Assembly: GCA_002269645.1 (NCBI GenBank)
Contig: NIVC01000575.1
Span: 310,001 to 374,000 of the forward strand
Length of the DNA stretch: 64,000 nucleotides
Reading direction: 5' to 3'
Source of the DNA: Macrostomum lignano
Taxonomy: Eukaryota
Shown: positions 24,701 to 36,300 of the stretch, in pieces
Layout of the letters: each line of letters opens with the position of its first letter
How positions within the stretch are numbered: position 1 is the stretch's first letter
Position numbers and translations under genes: made by a program
Notes under the pieces: generated by a model
What the model was told of the DNA's origin: nothing
The model's database searches: none
What the model saw: the letters and a program-made list of their open reading frames with translations, nothing else

Positions 24701-26108
24701 TAAAAAAGATCGAAAATTTTCATTACTTTCCAAGGCAGACTCTCCATTTTCTACCAAGAGTAACAGCAAGCGCAGCTCTTGGTCAGGATCTTTTTCTTCT
24801 GAAATTTCCAGTACGAGCTCAGTTTGACGGCGCTGCAGTGACTCAATGTCACGCTCATTGCGTTGAGACTTCTGTAGAGCTAGCCACAGCGCCGAAGCAG
24901 CAAGAAAAAGTTTTGTAGTGAGAGCGATTGAAGAATCGAATGTTGCTTCGACCACAGACTTAGGCTGATTTATCTTCAGATTGTACATCATTCTTTCGAT
25001 ACTTGCAATTCCTGTCGCCACGTAGGAAGCTACAAATCCTGTTTGAGGCGTCGCTGCCAACTCCTCCCACAACTGCAGTCTCTTCTTGGACTCAAGCTTA
25101 GAGCATGTGAGACACACAGGTCTGAACTCGTGACAGGCTCCTGCGACAAGGAAGCATTTTCGTTCGGATAAATCTTTCTCGGCACTGCATACCACACAAC
25201 GAGCACCGAGGAAAAACTTCTTTATACCCCTTCTCTCTCTATTAACGTCGACGCGAAACTTGGGTAGCACATCTTTGAGTCTTTGGCGCATCTTTTCGGG
25301 GTCGCTTGACAGTGGCTTGGAGCCAGATGGAGGAATCAATATCACCATGAGTTTTCTCAATTCGCTTTCCTTCAAGCTGGAAAGGTCATAGCAGCATACT
25401 AGTTCGCCTTCTTGAACTGGTGGAACTTTCGTCTGCGTATTCCTTTTCAGCGTTTTTTCTAGCGTCTCTCTCGCCCATTTGCAGGCTTCGGTGAGAACTT
25501 CATCGTCTAAATGTTCTTCTGAAAGCTCGTCTGACGCGATACTCTCAATAAAAACCGGGCTTTGCAGAGTTGACCGTCTCGTCCTCTTAATAACCCGTAG
25601 CTTCTCCTGAAGATCCAGAACTGCTTGACGAGTTTCCTCGAAAAACTTATTTGCGAATCCGTTTGGGTCGCATTGCGCTCCATGAGCCGTCTCGGAACTC
25701 TCCCTCCAAGCAGCGATTCTGCTCATGAGGTCCTTCGATAGTGTCTTTCCAGTTGGCAATCGAGGCAAATCAGCGCCACTCTCGTAATCCTCAGTTGCTT
25801 CATCTCGACGTTCGTCGTACTTCATTCGTTCGGTTTTATCGCACAGGACAGATTTGGCTTGATTCAGAAGCTTGGCCATGTCTTCAGCCTCGCTGCCAGC
25901 CTTGTCGGGATGATAGTTCGTCATTCGCTTGCGCCAAGCTCTCAGAATTTCCGCCTCGGAAGCAGCTTGCGTCACACCCAGTAGCTGGCAAAAAATTGTT
26001 ATTGTGAATATTATTACGGCTAATATTGCGTCATTAATACAACTGAGACTTAGTGGTGTTAAAAAAGTCACTCACCGAGTAAAAACTTGGTAAATCTGAG
26101 TTGGCCAT
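21722..26108 (-). CDS. Large J-domain (DnaJ class C) multidomain protein, about 1431 aa; exons 26108-26076 and 25984-21722
   Basis: Exon 1 MANSDLPSFYS is spliced (GTGAGT...TTTTTGCCAG, 91-nt intron) to LLGVTQAASEAEILRAWRKRMTNYHPDK, restoring a canonical J-domain with HPD. Exon 2 is a 4.26-kb non-repetitive open frame. Confidence 0.88.
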
Positions 26109-27394
26109 TTCTACTTTCGTTTTGAAGCCAAACTACCAAACTCAGTCGAAGTCTCAGACTTTGACGAAAAAACCTGAAAAAAGAAGCTTTGGATATAAGC
26201 GCGCATCGGCGCACACAACAGTTTTTAAAGAGCTACTCCCGACAGAGAGTATTGTGTACTTTTTTGTTGGCTGAAAGCAAAGCAATACGCGCTAGTACTT
26301 TCCATAGTTTTTAAAAAGCCTTTTCCCAGTCTATTTCAACAAAACAGATATGCAATCTCGTCACTTCTTTTTCGTTTCACTCTCTATTTTCAATGGCTAA
26401 AAGTACGTGAAGAAGCTATTGAACAGGCCAAAAAAAGATAGGTTGAAAAAAGCGAGGAGCGAAGGCCGAAGTTTGCTTAAACTTGTGTAGCGAGCTGAGT
26501 ATTAGGCATTTGGAAGCACAAAAAGAAAAGTATTGCCCAACTGACTGAATAAAACTTGTCTAAATAGAAGGACGGCAGTATAATTTGAGTTTGAGATTTG
26601 CCTCAGTTCCCTTCTTTTAGCCATAGACAATCGAGAGTGAAACTATTGCAACTGTACTGTACTCGTAAAATGTACTGCCGCCGGCTAAATTCAATGTAAC
26701 TGGCTTGTCTAAATAGAAACTTAAAATGGTGCTCTAAATTAAATGGTATGAGGAAATTGCTAAAAATAGACTGGAAAATGTACATAGTAAAGTAGGAAAT
26801 TTACCAAATATGAGCGTATAATAAAGTGTGCCGTAAAAAGTCCCGAGTCACTCGGCAGAGGATCAGTCAGTTAGTCTTTTAGTGGCCAGATACAAAAGTT
26901 AAAGGGAAGGGGATCAATCTTTGATCCGCCGAGCTATACTTGTGTACCAGCCTTTAGGGGATTATATGGACGATAAAATGGGGATCTACGCAGTTTAGAA
27001 CATTTCCCGTATCTAAAAGTTGGTACAACAAAGAAAAATCGGAGAACCGATGTTCGTCAATATAGAATATTCTATTTGCAACATGAAATTTGCAGCAGGA
27101 TATGCAACGGTTTATGGACAAAAATTAGCTTACCAGTGCAATTTCCAGCTTTTTCTACCATTCCTTGAGAAAAGAGACTTGAAAAATGGCTGCTCTCTCT
27201 ATAAACGAGCATAGCTATAGTTCCATGTTGGTCGTGCTTATTTACTCGTACATGTACGTTAAACAATGAAAAGTGCACCTGGAGGGGTGGCTGAGGACTG
27301 CCCTGCCCCTGTACAGTTTTCTTAAAACTTAATTACGCCCGTCGAAATTGTAACTGGGAGCATTTTGGTCCGTCATTGGCTATCGTCATTTCGT

Positions 27395-27941
27395 TAGGGA
27401 TGCCAAAAACCATGCATTTTTTGAGAACCGGTTAACCGCTTTAAACAACTGTACTTTTCAGGAAACCAGTTTTTTGAAAAACAATTTTTTAATAAACCTG
27501 AGACCCCAAAATGTATTGAATTTTGAACTCCCAATTTAGCATAACTCGTTATTCCGTCCATTCACATGCTTCTTCTCTGCAATCTCGATCTGGTCTGGGG
27601 GTCTCTGTCTGATTAATGAGTGAGTGAGTTCATTCGTAGTGAAGTGTAGGGCCTCGTGTTCAAGTTAATATCTTCAGATAGTGTCACGTGTTACGTACTC
27701 ACAAAAATCACAATGTACATGTATTGCGTTATTTTCGCATAGGCTCAGGCAGTCTTCTGCCAATTATATGAACGAAAATATATGCCTTGTTTTACTTAAA
27801 AATGGATAGAATTTTTTTTCAAGTTTATCTATTTGTCGGAAAAAACCGCAAAAACGGACATTAGAACGTAAGTTTTTCTGAAACCGGTTTTTGGCCGAAA
27901 AACCGGTTTTTTAGCGAACCGGTTAACAGCGGTTAGCATCC
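27395..27941. mobile_element. hAT/Ac-like non-autonomous relic
   Basis: Left end TAGGGATGC, truncated right end GCATCC, and multiple subterminal AACCGG(TT) motifs at both ends; no TSD found. Confidence 0.35.
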
Positions 27942-28264
27942 GGTTGGCGCCGCCCCGGTTCAATACGAGTGTAGTGTATTTCACACACTCGCCAGATTTT
28001 ATGGAAAAGTCTGTAGTCTAAAAGGCAGATCAGGGGCTGCAGGGCGGTCCGAAGACGCAGCGGGGAGGCGAGCGTCGCCCATTACGCTATCAGATCAAGG
28101 GCAGATTGTCAAAAATGAGTACAATGGATACAAATGTAGTTTCTGAATAAAATTGATAGGTAGGCGAATATGGTATGATCCGTGCCTTCTGTTTGTTTGC
28201 AGGATTGACTTTTCTTGGCACACTAATTGAGATAAGATAAGAACCCAGTGCATTCAACACCAAC

Positions 28265-28400
28265 CCAAGGACTACTCGAGTAGAAGGACGAAAAGCTACT
28301 TTTCTTAGAAAATGTTAAGGAGGCTGGTTTTCGCCGAAAAATACACTTTCAGCTTCCTTTTTTTGAGCACAAAAATTGTTATTGCTTTCGATAGGAGGCA
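28265..28400 (+). repeat. Dispersed repeat also present at 63875-64000
   Basis: Shared GTAGAAGGACG..TTTCTTAGAAAAT..CCGAAAAATACACT..GCACAAAAATTGTTATTGC in the same orientation. Confidence 0.6.
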
Positions 28401-29274
28401 GACCCAATGTTCATCTTTTGATATGTTGCGCCTTTCTTTCAGCTCTATTGATATTCATAAAGATTTTCGTTCATTAAATTAGGATTCTATGTTAATTTTT
28501 TATTCTACATACAATTACAAACATGTATGTCATGTGCCTAAAAACCATAAAAACGACACAGCTCGGCTCATTGGTTTTATGAATCTATTTTATCATTCTT
28601 ATTAGCTCACTGTGTGTAACAATATGTGTAACAGAGATGACAAAATGATCTCATGATTCAGGGTCTCAGGATTCCTTGGCCACCACAACACTGGGTTGGG
28701 TTTGGAGATTTCGACAATTGAGTATGCTTAAGCTTAGTTGGTTATTTGTACTTTGCTTACTTACTTTCGGTGTGCTGACTGATGAGCTTTTTTGACGCAG
28801 AAATTGCGTGTTTAATTAAATACTAAAAGCAAGACTAGTTTGTTCGCTTGTTACGTGTACAATGAGCACTCAGATGAGCAAACCGAAGCGCAACTATGGC
28901 CAAGACAGAGAAAACAGAGGGAGGCCTGCTGACCACCGTCTCGGACGGAATTTCCGTCTATGCTCTGCCCTCCGCTTAAATTCAAAACCATCAGCATTCC
29001 ATGCCACCACGTGATGAAGCAAGAGACAAGTGAAAACCCAGTGAAATCCACTGCAGCTTTGCATGACCGTGTAAATCTCCAATACACCTAGCTCGATCTA
29101 CTGTCTTCCAGAAAAAAGTTCTCGCCATCAGCTCCTGTGTAGCTTTAAACTCAGCGAGATTATCCTCCCACTCGGACAATCAAGCGGCGATTCAGGCCAT
29201 TGAGCGCACCACCACCTGTTCTAATTCTAGCTTAACCGTTTAGGCGCCTCTAACAATTAAAGGTGTCTCTAAGG

Positions 29275-29530
29275 TGGATTCCCGGGCACTCGTGCCCCTC
29301 TCGAAAACGAGCTGGCCGATCGCCTGGCCAAGGCTGGCTCGGCTCGACCGGGTCTTTCACTGGCTCCCATCCTCACGGCATATATCACACGTAGCTCGGA
29401 TTGAATAGTGCGATGGCATCCAAGCACAGAGTGAGGTAGGCTAGCTCCTCGACTGCGTGGCTGTCCGCCGTCCCTTCCCCCGCTTCCCAAGTGCTCTTAT
29501 TTGACTCAACCGCAGGCCGGACATTATGAC
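29275..29530 (+). pseudogene. Non-LTR retrotransposon RNase H relic (I-group-like)
   Basis: WIPGHS / frameshift / ENELADRLAKAG matches the WVPGH..GNE.AD.LAK motif; later LTQPQAGHY resembles LTQLRTGH; stops are present. Confidence 0.6.
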
Positions 29531-32175
29531 ATAACCACCATTGTCCTCTCTGAAGGAATGTATAGAATGCCCACGCGTCATATGTGAATGTCCCCCGGGA
29601 AACGAATCTTGGCCTAGCTATAATTTATAAAAAAGTAAAAAGTACATTTTTCTATTTATTTCGTATCACACTAATAATGAGTAATCAATGCAGAAGAAAA
29701 CTAGCAAACCCGAGAGAGTTCGAATTATATACTTCCTACTTTGTAGAACTTTTTAACATCAATTAAAGAAACTTCTGTTTTCCGTCATTTATACTGTATG
29801 AGCTCATTCTAACTGGAGTTATGATCCCTTTTCTAAAATTCTAGATAAATGTACGCCTTTGAAACAAAACCTTTCCGCATCTCGCTGAAGTACTGATCAA
29901 AGTTACCTCTCTGTGCTCTAAATGAAATATTATACTTCGCTCTCAAAAGAAAGGCGATTAATTTCTCCTGGTAAAGCTTCTCCAGTTGGAAGGGATCGCA
30001 ACAGCAGAAATAATTCGGCAGTTCGTTCCGCGGCGAAGGGTCGTGTGTGTTGCACCACCTCACAAATGAAGCGACCGTTTCTATCAGTTCTTATTCACTA
30101 CGATAGGCACAGTGATCTTCCTTGTAATTTTTTATTGTAATTAAATTTTTGCACATTTTACTTTATGCTTTTCCAGTCTGGTACAAATATCAGTATTATG
30201 TTTTGTTAAGACTAAGACGTATAAAAACTTCGAGTATTTAAGTTTACAACAACATGCATTTTTCTTTTCGAAAGAAGATAAATTTGAGAATTTAACGTTT
30301 ATATAAGGTATATACCTTTTTATATATTGACTGATTGGTATGGCCTATCGGGCATCTCAGTATAGGTTGCCTAATAATATCATTCTATTCCATAAAAAAA
30401 TCCGAATTGTAAAATGATATGTTTTTTAATTTTTCGGCTAGGGCCTAGTCTGTCTAGCATTTGTTTTAGTGTATATAGACATAACATTATTCTTTCATAT
30501 TATACAATTAAATTTCACTTTTGTGGTTTTTTATACTATATAAAATTCTAACTTGGCCTTATCCTAATTCCTAGGTCTATAAAAAGATAAATAATCTAAA
30601 CTAAATATTCATTTATATCTATAGAGTATAGGGTATTACTAATACCTATAGACATCATTTTTTATTATTGTTTCCATATAACATATTATATCAAATGGTC
30701 AAGGCTTTAAAAATAATAAATCCAATTATATATACTATACTATTTTGGATATGTATTAGTGTATAGTATTAGGGCTTCAACAAGCTGTTGAAGCCCGCAG
30801 ATTTTGAACCCAGGGAACTCCAATCCCCAGAACTATTTTTGCATGTATTCTAAAATCTGAGGTAAAACTCAGAAAAAACTTATTAATAGTTAGGATAGAG
30901 TTGAATATAAAATAGAGTACATTTGTATAAAATTAGGATTTGAGACAAACATTGATATTGTTGGCTGGTATTCTGCGCAGAATGTCAAGCAAACTCTGGC
31001 CTCTACCTCTGCCTTTCCCTATGTCCCTTGCATCCTTTGAATGAAACTTCTATTTTCTCTTCTATTCCCTCTCTTCTCTCTCATCTCTTGTCTCATCTCT
31101 TTCCTCTCCTCTCTTCTTTCTTCTCTCATCTCTTCTTTCTCCCCTCTATTCTTTTCTTTCTCCTCTCCTTTCTCCTTTCTCCTCTCTTCTCTCAACTCTC
31201 TCTTTTCCTCTCTCCACTCACTCCTCAAATCTCTTCTATTATCTCTTTCCTTACCTCTCTCTTCTCTCTCATCTTTGTTCTCTTATCTCTCTTTTCTCTT
31301 TTATCTTTTCTCTCTTATCTCTTCTCATTTCTCTCTGCTTACTCCTCTCTCTCTTTCTCTCTTGTCTCATATCTTTTCTCCTCTCTAATCTTTCCACTTG
31401 TCCTGAAGAAGAATACAATAATTTTGAAATATCCGCAATTCAATTAAACTGACTTTGTTCAGTCCTTTCTACTGTTACCATGTCAGTGCCTGAGATTGGA
31501 GGTGCCCTCCTCTCTCCCTCTCTCTCTGCCTCTCTCTCTTCTGTCTAATCTCTTTTCTCCTCTCCAATCTCTCCCCTCTTTCCTCTCCTCTCTTGTCCTT
31601 TCCCCTCTTTCCCCTGTCCTCTTGATTCTCTCCCCCCTCCTCTCTCCTCACTCACTTCTCTCTCATCTCTTATTTCTTATCTTTCCTCTTTCCTCTCTAC
31701 TCTCCCATCCCTCATCTGTTCACTCTCGTTTCTGCTATCTCATCTCCCCTATCGCCTCAGAGCCCTATCGCCTGACCCTTTGTCTGGGCTGGGGGAATGA
31801 GTGAGAGTGAGTGAGCGGCATAAACAACAGAAAAAGCAGACAAACTTCACATGCTTACAGTTTCTGTTCTGATTAAGATACAGAGTTGAAACTTTACATT
31901 TAGACAAAGAATAAGTCAATGAAGAATTGTGTCAAGTTTGAAGTCAATCGCTTTATGTGGAGCAAACTTATAGCAGCTGAAAAATAGTCAATTTTCAAAC
32001 CCATTTTCCACATCTCGCCAGATAAGGGGAAAGAGAGGCAGGCAGAGGTTGGGGTGGCTGTCTCGCTGACAAAAACAGCCTAAATTTAAAAGTGCACAGT
32101 GCCGTTGAGGATTAAATTTCAGACTTGAAACTTCACACGATTGTGTCAAAATAGTTAAAGATTATTTGTGTCAAA

Positions 32176-32473
32176 CATACATGCGCAACCTCCAAAATTC
32201 GGTCGGCCATGCGACTTAGTTTTAACAAAAATGCGACGTAGTTTTTGGCCAAAAATGCGACTTGCATGTAAAAAAACCCTAAAGCAAAATCAACGCAACT
32301 TTGGGTAAACGGCAGGAGTAACTATGACTGTCTTATTAAGTAAAAATGCCTCGTCATCTACTTAGTACTACTACTTTGGTATTTTTTTGGGTGGGCATTT
32401 TTGCGACTTTCTTGATTGGCCGCCAAATCGGTCGGCCGGATCGGCCGACTCGGCCGACTGTTGCGCATGTATG
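32176..32473. mobile_element. 298-bp MITE with 14-bp TIRs and an 8-bp TSD (hAT/P-type signature) nested in the Helitron-like element
   Basis: Perfect TIR CATACATGCGCAAC/GTTGCGCATGTATG; GTGTCAAA duplicated at 32168-32175 and 32474-32481; the empty site is seen in the 60.7-kb copy. Confidence 0.88.
32303..32365 (+). pseudogene. 63-nt 28S rRNA fragment (R2 / I-PpoI target region) inside the MITE
   Basis: GGGTAAACGGCAGGAGTAACTATGACTGTCTTATTAAGTAAAAATGCCTCGTCATCTACTTAG versus canonical GGGTAAACGGCGGGAGTAACTATGACTCTCTTAAGGTAGCCAAATGCCTCGTCATCTAATTAG. Confidence 0.85.
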
Positions 32474-33143
32474 GTGTCAAATTTAATGATGATCCGTAGA
32501 AGTAGAGCGGCGCTATAAAGGATTTAGTGAAAACATCGCGCATTTTAAGCAGTTTTTTGCACTTTTAGGTAGAAAGACTCAAATTTCGGAAATTTAAAAG
32601 TAGCCTATGATATTCTCCATAGTGAGTTTAGGGTGGGTGCAAAATTTAATGTAATTTGGTTTTAGTAGTTTGGGAGTCCTTAGCGAACAAAATGTCTATA
32701 GATGGACACACAGTTTTCATTTTTACATGTAGAGATATACTACTAATAAGTAGAATGCTGCAATTATTAGAAAAAGCAAAGTAGATCTTAAAGAATATAT
32801 ATATATTATATATATCTAGTATTAAGAAAGTTATGACCCTCTAATCTTGGTAATGCTCAAGAGCTAGATGATCAAATACCGAGATTACTGAGAGATATTT
32901 ACAAGATTTATTCTAAGAAATATATGCAAGGAATTCTAGGCATATAATAAAATCGAATAAAGTATATAAAAAGTAAGAACGCTATCAGTAAAAAGTAAGA
33001 AACACTCGGACTAATATTCTAACTTATCTTTAGAAATTTATTGTAGTCTTGTTGTAACAAAATCTGGAGCCAGCAGTAGATATTTCAGAGACCCCAGCAT
33101 AGTAAAACATAAAATGGCATTTAAATGTATTTCAGACAATATA

Positions 33144-34637
33144 ATGTCCTTACTGGAGACCTATGAGCAGCAGTTTGGCATAACAACAGCCGAGATAACT
33201 AGTAAAATTAACCAGATTAGTCACCTATCAAGTACAGGTGAGGTCACTTTACATAAATAAATAAGATATATTGTCTGCTATTCTTGTGTCCAAAAATCAA
33301 TAACTTACTATTTTTGTGTATCTATAGATGACCGAGTGACCACTATTAGCCAAGCAGAGCGGCTGTTTGCCGAGGCCAAGGAGACCCTGGAACAGCTGGA
33401 GCTGGAGATACGAAGCCAGCCACCATCGCTCAGGCAGAAGTACACCACCCGGCTGCAGAGCTATTCCGCCGAGCACAAGAAACTGGAGGTGGATTTTCGT
33501 CGGGCTAGGTAAATGGGGCCCACACCCTACTCACTGATCCTCTGGGTGCTGCCGCTCTACTCACAGATCCTCCCGATCTCCCAGATCCCAGTTTGACCCA
33601 TCAATCCTCCCAGAACACTATTGGTTTTCCAATGGTTCCAGATCTCCATATTAATCTCCAAATCCTCTCAGATCCCTATCTTAATCTCCAATCCTCTCGA
33701 ATCCCTATCTTGATCCCACAACTCTCCCTGACCCCTAATCCTCTCAGATCCCCAATCTTAATCTCCAATCCTCCCAGATCCCCATCTTGGTTTCCCAATC
33801 CTCCCAGATCACCATCTTGGTTTCCCAATCCTCCCAGATCACAATCTTGGTTTCCCAATCCTCCTAGATCCCCATTTTGGTTTCCCAATCCTCCTAGATC
33901 CCCATTTTGGTTTCCCAATCCTACTAGATCCCCATTTTGGTTTCCCAATCCTCCCAGATCCCCATCTTCGTTTCCCAATCCTCCCAGATCCTCATCTTGG
34001 TTTCCCAATCCTCCCAGATCCCCATCTTCGTTTCCCAATCCTCCCAGATCCTCATCTTGGTTTCCCAATCCTCCCAGATCCTCATCTTGGTTTCCAAATC
34101 CTCCCAGGTCTTCATCTTGGTCCCTCGCCACTCCTAGAGCTCATCTGGGTTACGAATCCTCCCAGATCCACTGATTTATCCCCAATCCTCATTTGAACTG
34201 CCAGAGAGGCCGGCCAGGCCAAGCGGGATCGAGACGAGCTTCTGTCGGAGGCCGAACAGTCGCTGCAGCATCGCCACGACGAGCTGGCCTCCGACTACCG
34301 CACCCGCCTGCTGGACAATACCGAACGTCTCGAACGTGCCGGTCGTCGTATCGACGAAGGCCTTGGCAGTGTTGAAACAACTCAACAAGTTGGCCGGACC
34401 ATTCTGGCCGATCTGGCCGGGCAGCGGGAGACGCTGGAGCGCGGCCGAGACCGGCTACGCGGCGCCGATAGGGATCTGGGCGCCAGCAGTCGGATACTGA
34501 GCGGCATGCTGCGCAGGGTGGTGCAGAATCGGGCTCTGCTGCTGCTCATACTGGCCGTTGTGCTCATTGTTATTGGCCTGGCTGTTTACACCGTGGCCAG
34601 GGCCAACTTGTCTGGGCGGACGGCCGCGGCCGGATGA
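33144..34637 (+). CDS. vti1a: Vesicle transport Qb-SNARE Vti1a (235 aa); exons 33144-33237, 33328-33508, 34205-34637
   Basis: MSLLETYEQQFGITTAEITSKI.. Habc domain, SNARE motif RLLDNTERLERAGRRID..QRETLE..RDRL, and a C-terminal TM helix. All junctions are GT-AG and phase-compatible. Confidence 0.93.
33720..34130. repeat. 30-bp minisatellite in vti1a intron 2 (CCCATCTTGGTTTCCCAATCCTCCCAGATC)
   Basis: Period 30, about 13 copies. Confidence 0.92.
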
Positions 34638-34799
34638 ATGGAGAAAGTCGGGATCCAGAGGGCTCTGAAGCGGTCTCTGGGATCTGTTGCTAGGATTTGG
34701 GATTTCCCAGGATCACTTGTTAGGATTAGCCCTAAATATTCGGAAAAGTTCTGAAATTCAATGTATCACTGCGGTTCACTATCTGCTTTCTATCTGTGA

Positions 34800-35075
34800 T
34801 ATCTGGCTGGGGCCATCGGCGACATCGTGTCGCTGAGGCAATTCCGCCCATTCGACTGACTCCTGAGCACACACAAGTGCACCAATGCTGTACGCTCACA
34901 CAGGATGTACAGCTGCCCTGACTTTCTATTCGTCAGGCATGTACACTCTCTGTGCCTTGGGGGTTGGGCCTCATGGGTAATGGGTGTGAACAAGCCCCAA
35001 ATGAATGGCACGGAATCGAAGCAGGGGTCCTGGTACGAGAGTCAGGCGCGTTTACTGGTGAGCTGCTGCGTTCTC
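34800..35075 (-). mobile_element. tRNA-derived SINE with a conserved central body
   Basis: Minus-strand head GCAGCAGCTCACCAGTAAA...GCTTCGATTCC (degenerate A/B boxes); the body is shared with 12345-12565. Confidence 0.55.
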
Positions 35076-35152
35076 CTCCCCCTCGAAATCTGGGATTATA
35101 ACAGATTCTGATTTAGGGATCTCATACTACAATAGGAATCTCATTTTCATTA

Positions 35153-36300
35153 GGGATCCCAGATTATCATTGAAGATCTTAGATTGTCATTTGAGATCTC
35201 AGATTGTCATTTGGGATCTCAGATTGTCATTTGGGATCTCAGATTGTTATTTGGGATCTCAGATTGTCATTGAGGATCTCAGATTGTCATTTGGGATCTC
35301 AGATTGTCATTTGGGATCTCAGATTATTATTTGGGATCTCAGATTGTCATTGAGGATCTCAGATTGTTATTTGGGATCTCAGATTGTCATTTGGGATCTC
35401 AGATTGTCATTGTGGATCTCAGATTGTCATTGGGAATCTCAGATTGTCATTGTGGATCTCAGATTGTCATTTGGAATCTCAGATTGTCATTGTGGATCTC
35501 AGATTGTTATTTGGGATCTCAGATTGTCATTTGGGATCTCAGATTGTCATTGGGGACCTCAGATTGTCATTTGGGATCTCAGATTGTCATTGGGAATCTC
35601 AGATTGTCATTTGGGATCTCAGATTGTCATTTGAGATCTCAGATTGTCATTTGGGATCTCAGATTGTCATTGGGAATCTCAGATTGTCATTGGGAATCTC
35701 AGATTGTTATTTGGGATCTCAGATTGTCATTGGGAATCTCAGATTGTTATTTGGGATCTCAGATTGTCATTGAGAATCTTAGATTGTCATTTGAGATCTC
35801 AGATTGTCATTGGGAATCTCAGATTGTTATTGGGGATCTCAGATTGTCATTTGGGATCTCAGATTGTCATTGGGGATCTCAGATTGTTATTTGGGATCTC
35901 AGATTGTCATTTGGGATCTCAGATTGTCATTGTGGATCTCAGATTGTCATTTGAGATCTCAGATTGTCATTTGAGATCTCAAATTGTCATTTGGGATCTC
36001 AGATTGTTATTTGGGATCTCAGATTGTCATTTGGGATCTCAGATTGTCATTGTGGATCTCAGATTGTCATTTGAGATCTCAGATTGTCATTGGGAATCTC
36101 AGATTGTTATTGGGGATCTCAGATTGTCATTTGGGATCTCAGATTGTCATTGGGGATCTCAGATTGTCATTTGGGATCTCAGATTGTAATTGAGGATCTC
36201 AAATTGTTATTTGGGATCTCAGATTGTAATTGAGGATCTCAAATTGTTATTTGGGATCTCAGATTGTAATTGAGGATCTCAGATTGTAATTGAGGATCTG
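35153..36300. repeat. 20-bp minisatellite (AGATTGTCATTTGGGATCTC)
   Basis: Period 20, about 57 copies. Confidence 0.96.

Larger units (their letters stand above)
30769..32735 (-). mobile_element. Non-autonomous Helitron-like element, copy 1
   Basis: On the minus strand it starts A|TCTCTAC (32735) and ends with the 10-bp-stem hairpin GGGCTTCAAC-AGCTT-GTTGAAGCCC and CTAA|T (30769). It is colinear, inverted, with 60476-63853 and has an internal CT-rich tract at about 31050-31750. Confidence 0.72.

Noticed and set aside
28851-29179. Possible CXC-type transposase relic (CFLCLGHSCASVCSSECSL)
   Set aside because: Only weak Cys patterning over fragmented frames; not assignable by eye.
32303-32365. 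Functional rRNA gene
   Set aside because: Only 63 nt, mutated in an invariant region, and embedded in a MITE.
34176-34567. Several minus-strand ORFs over vti1a exon 3
   Set aside because: Antisense shadows of a GC-rich coding exon; the same applies to 40437-40886, 42026-42384, 51867-52458 and 55175-55477.
35170-36193. Cys/His-periodic ORFs (ISDCHLGSQIVIWDLRL)
   Set aside because: Translation of the 20-bp minisatellite, not a zinc-finger or LRR protein.
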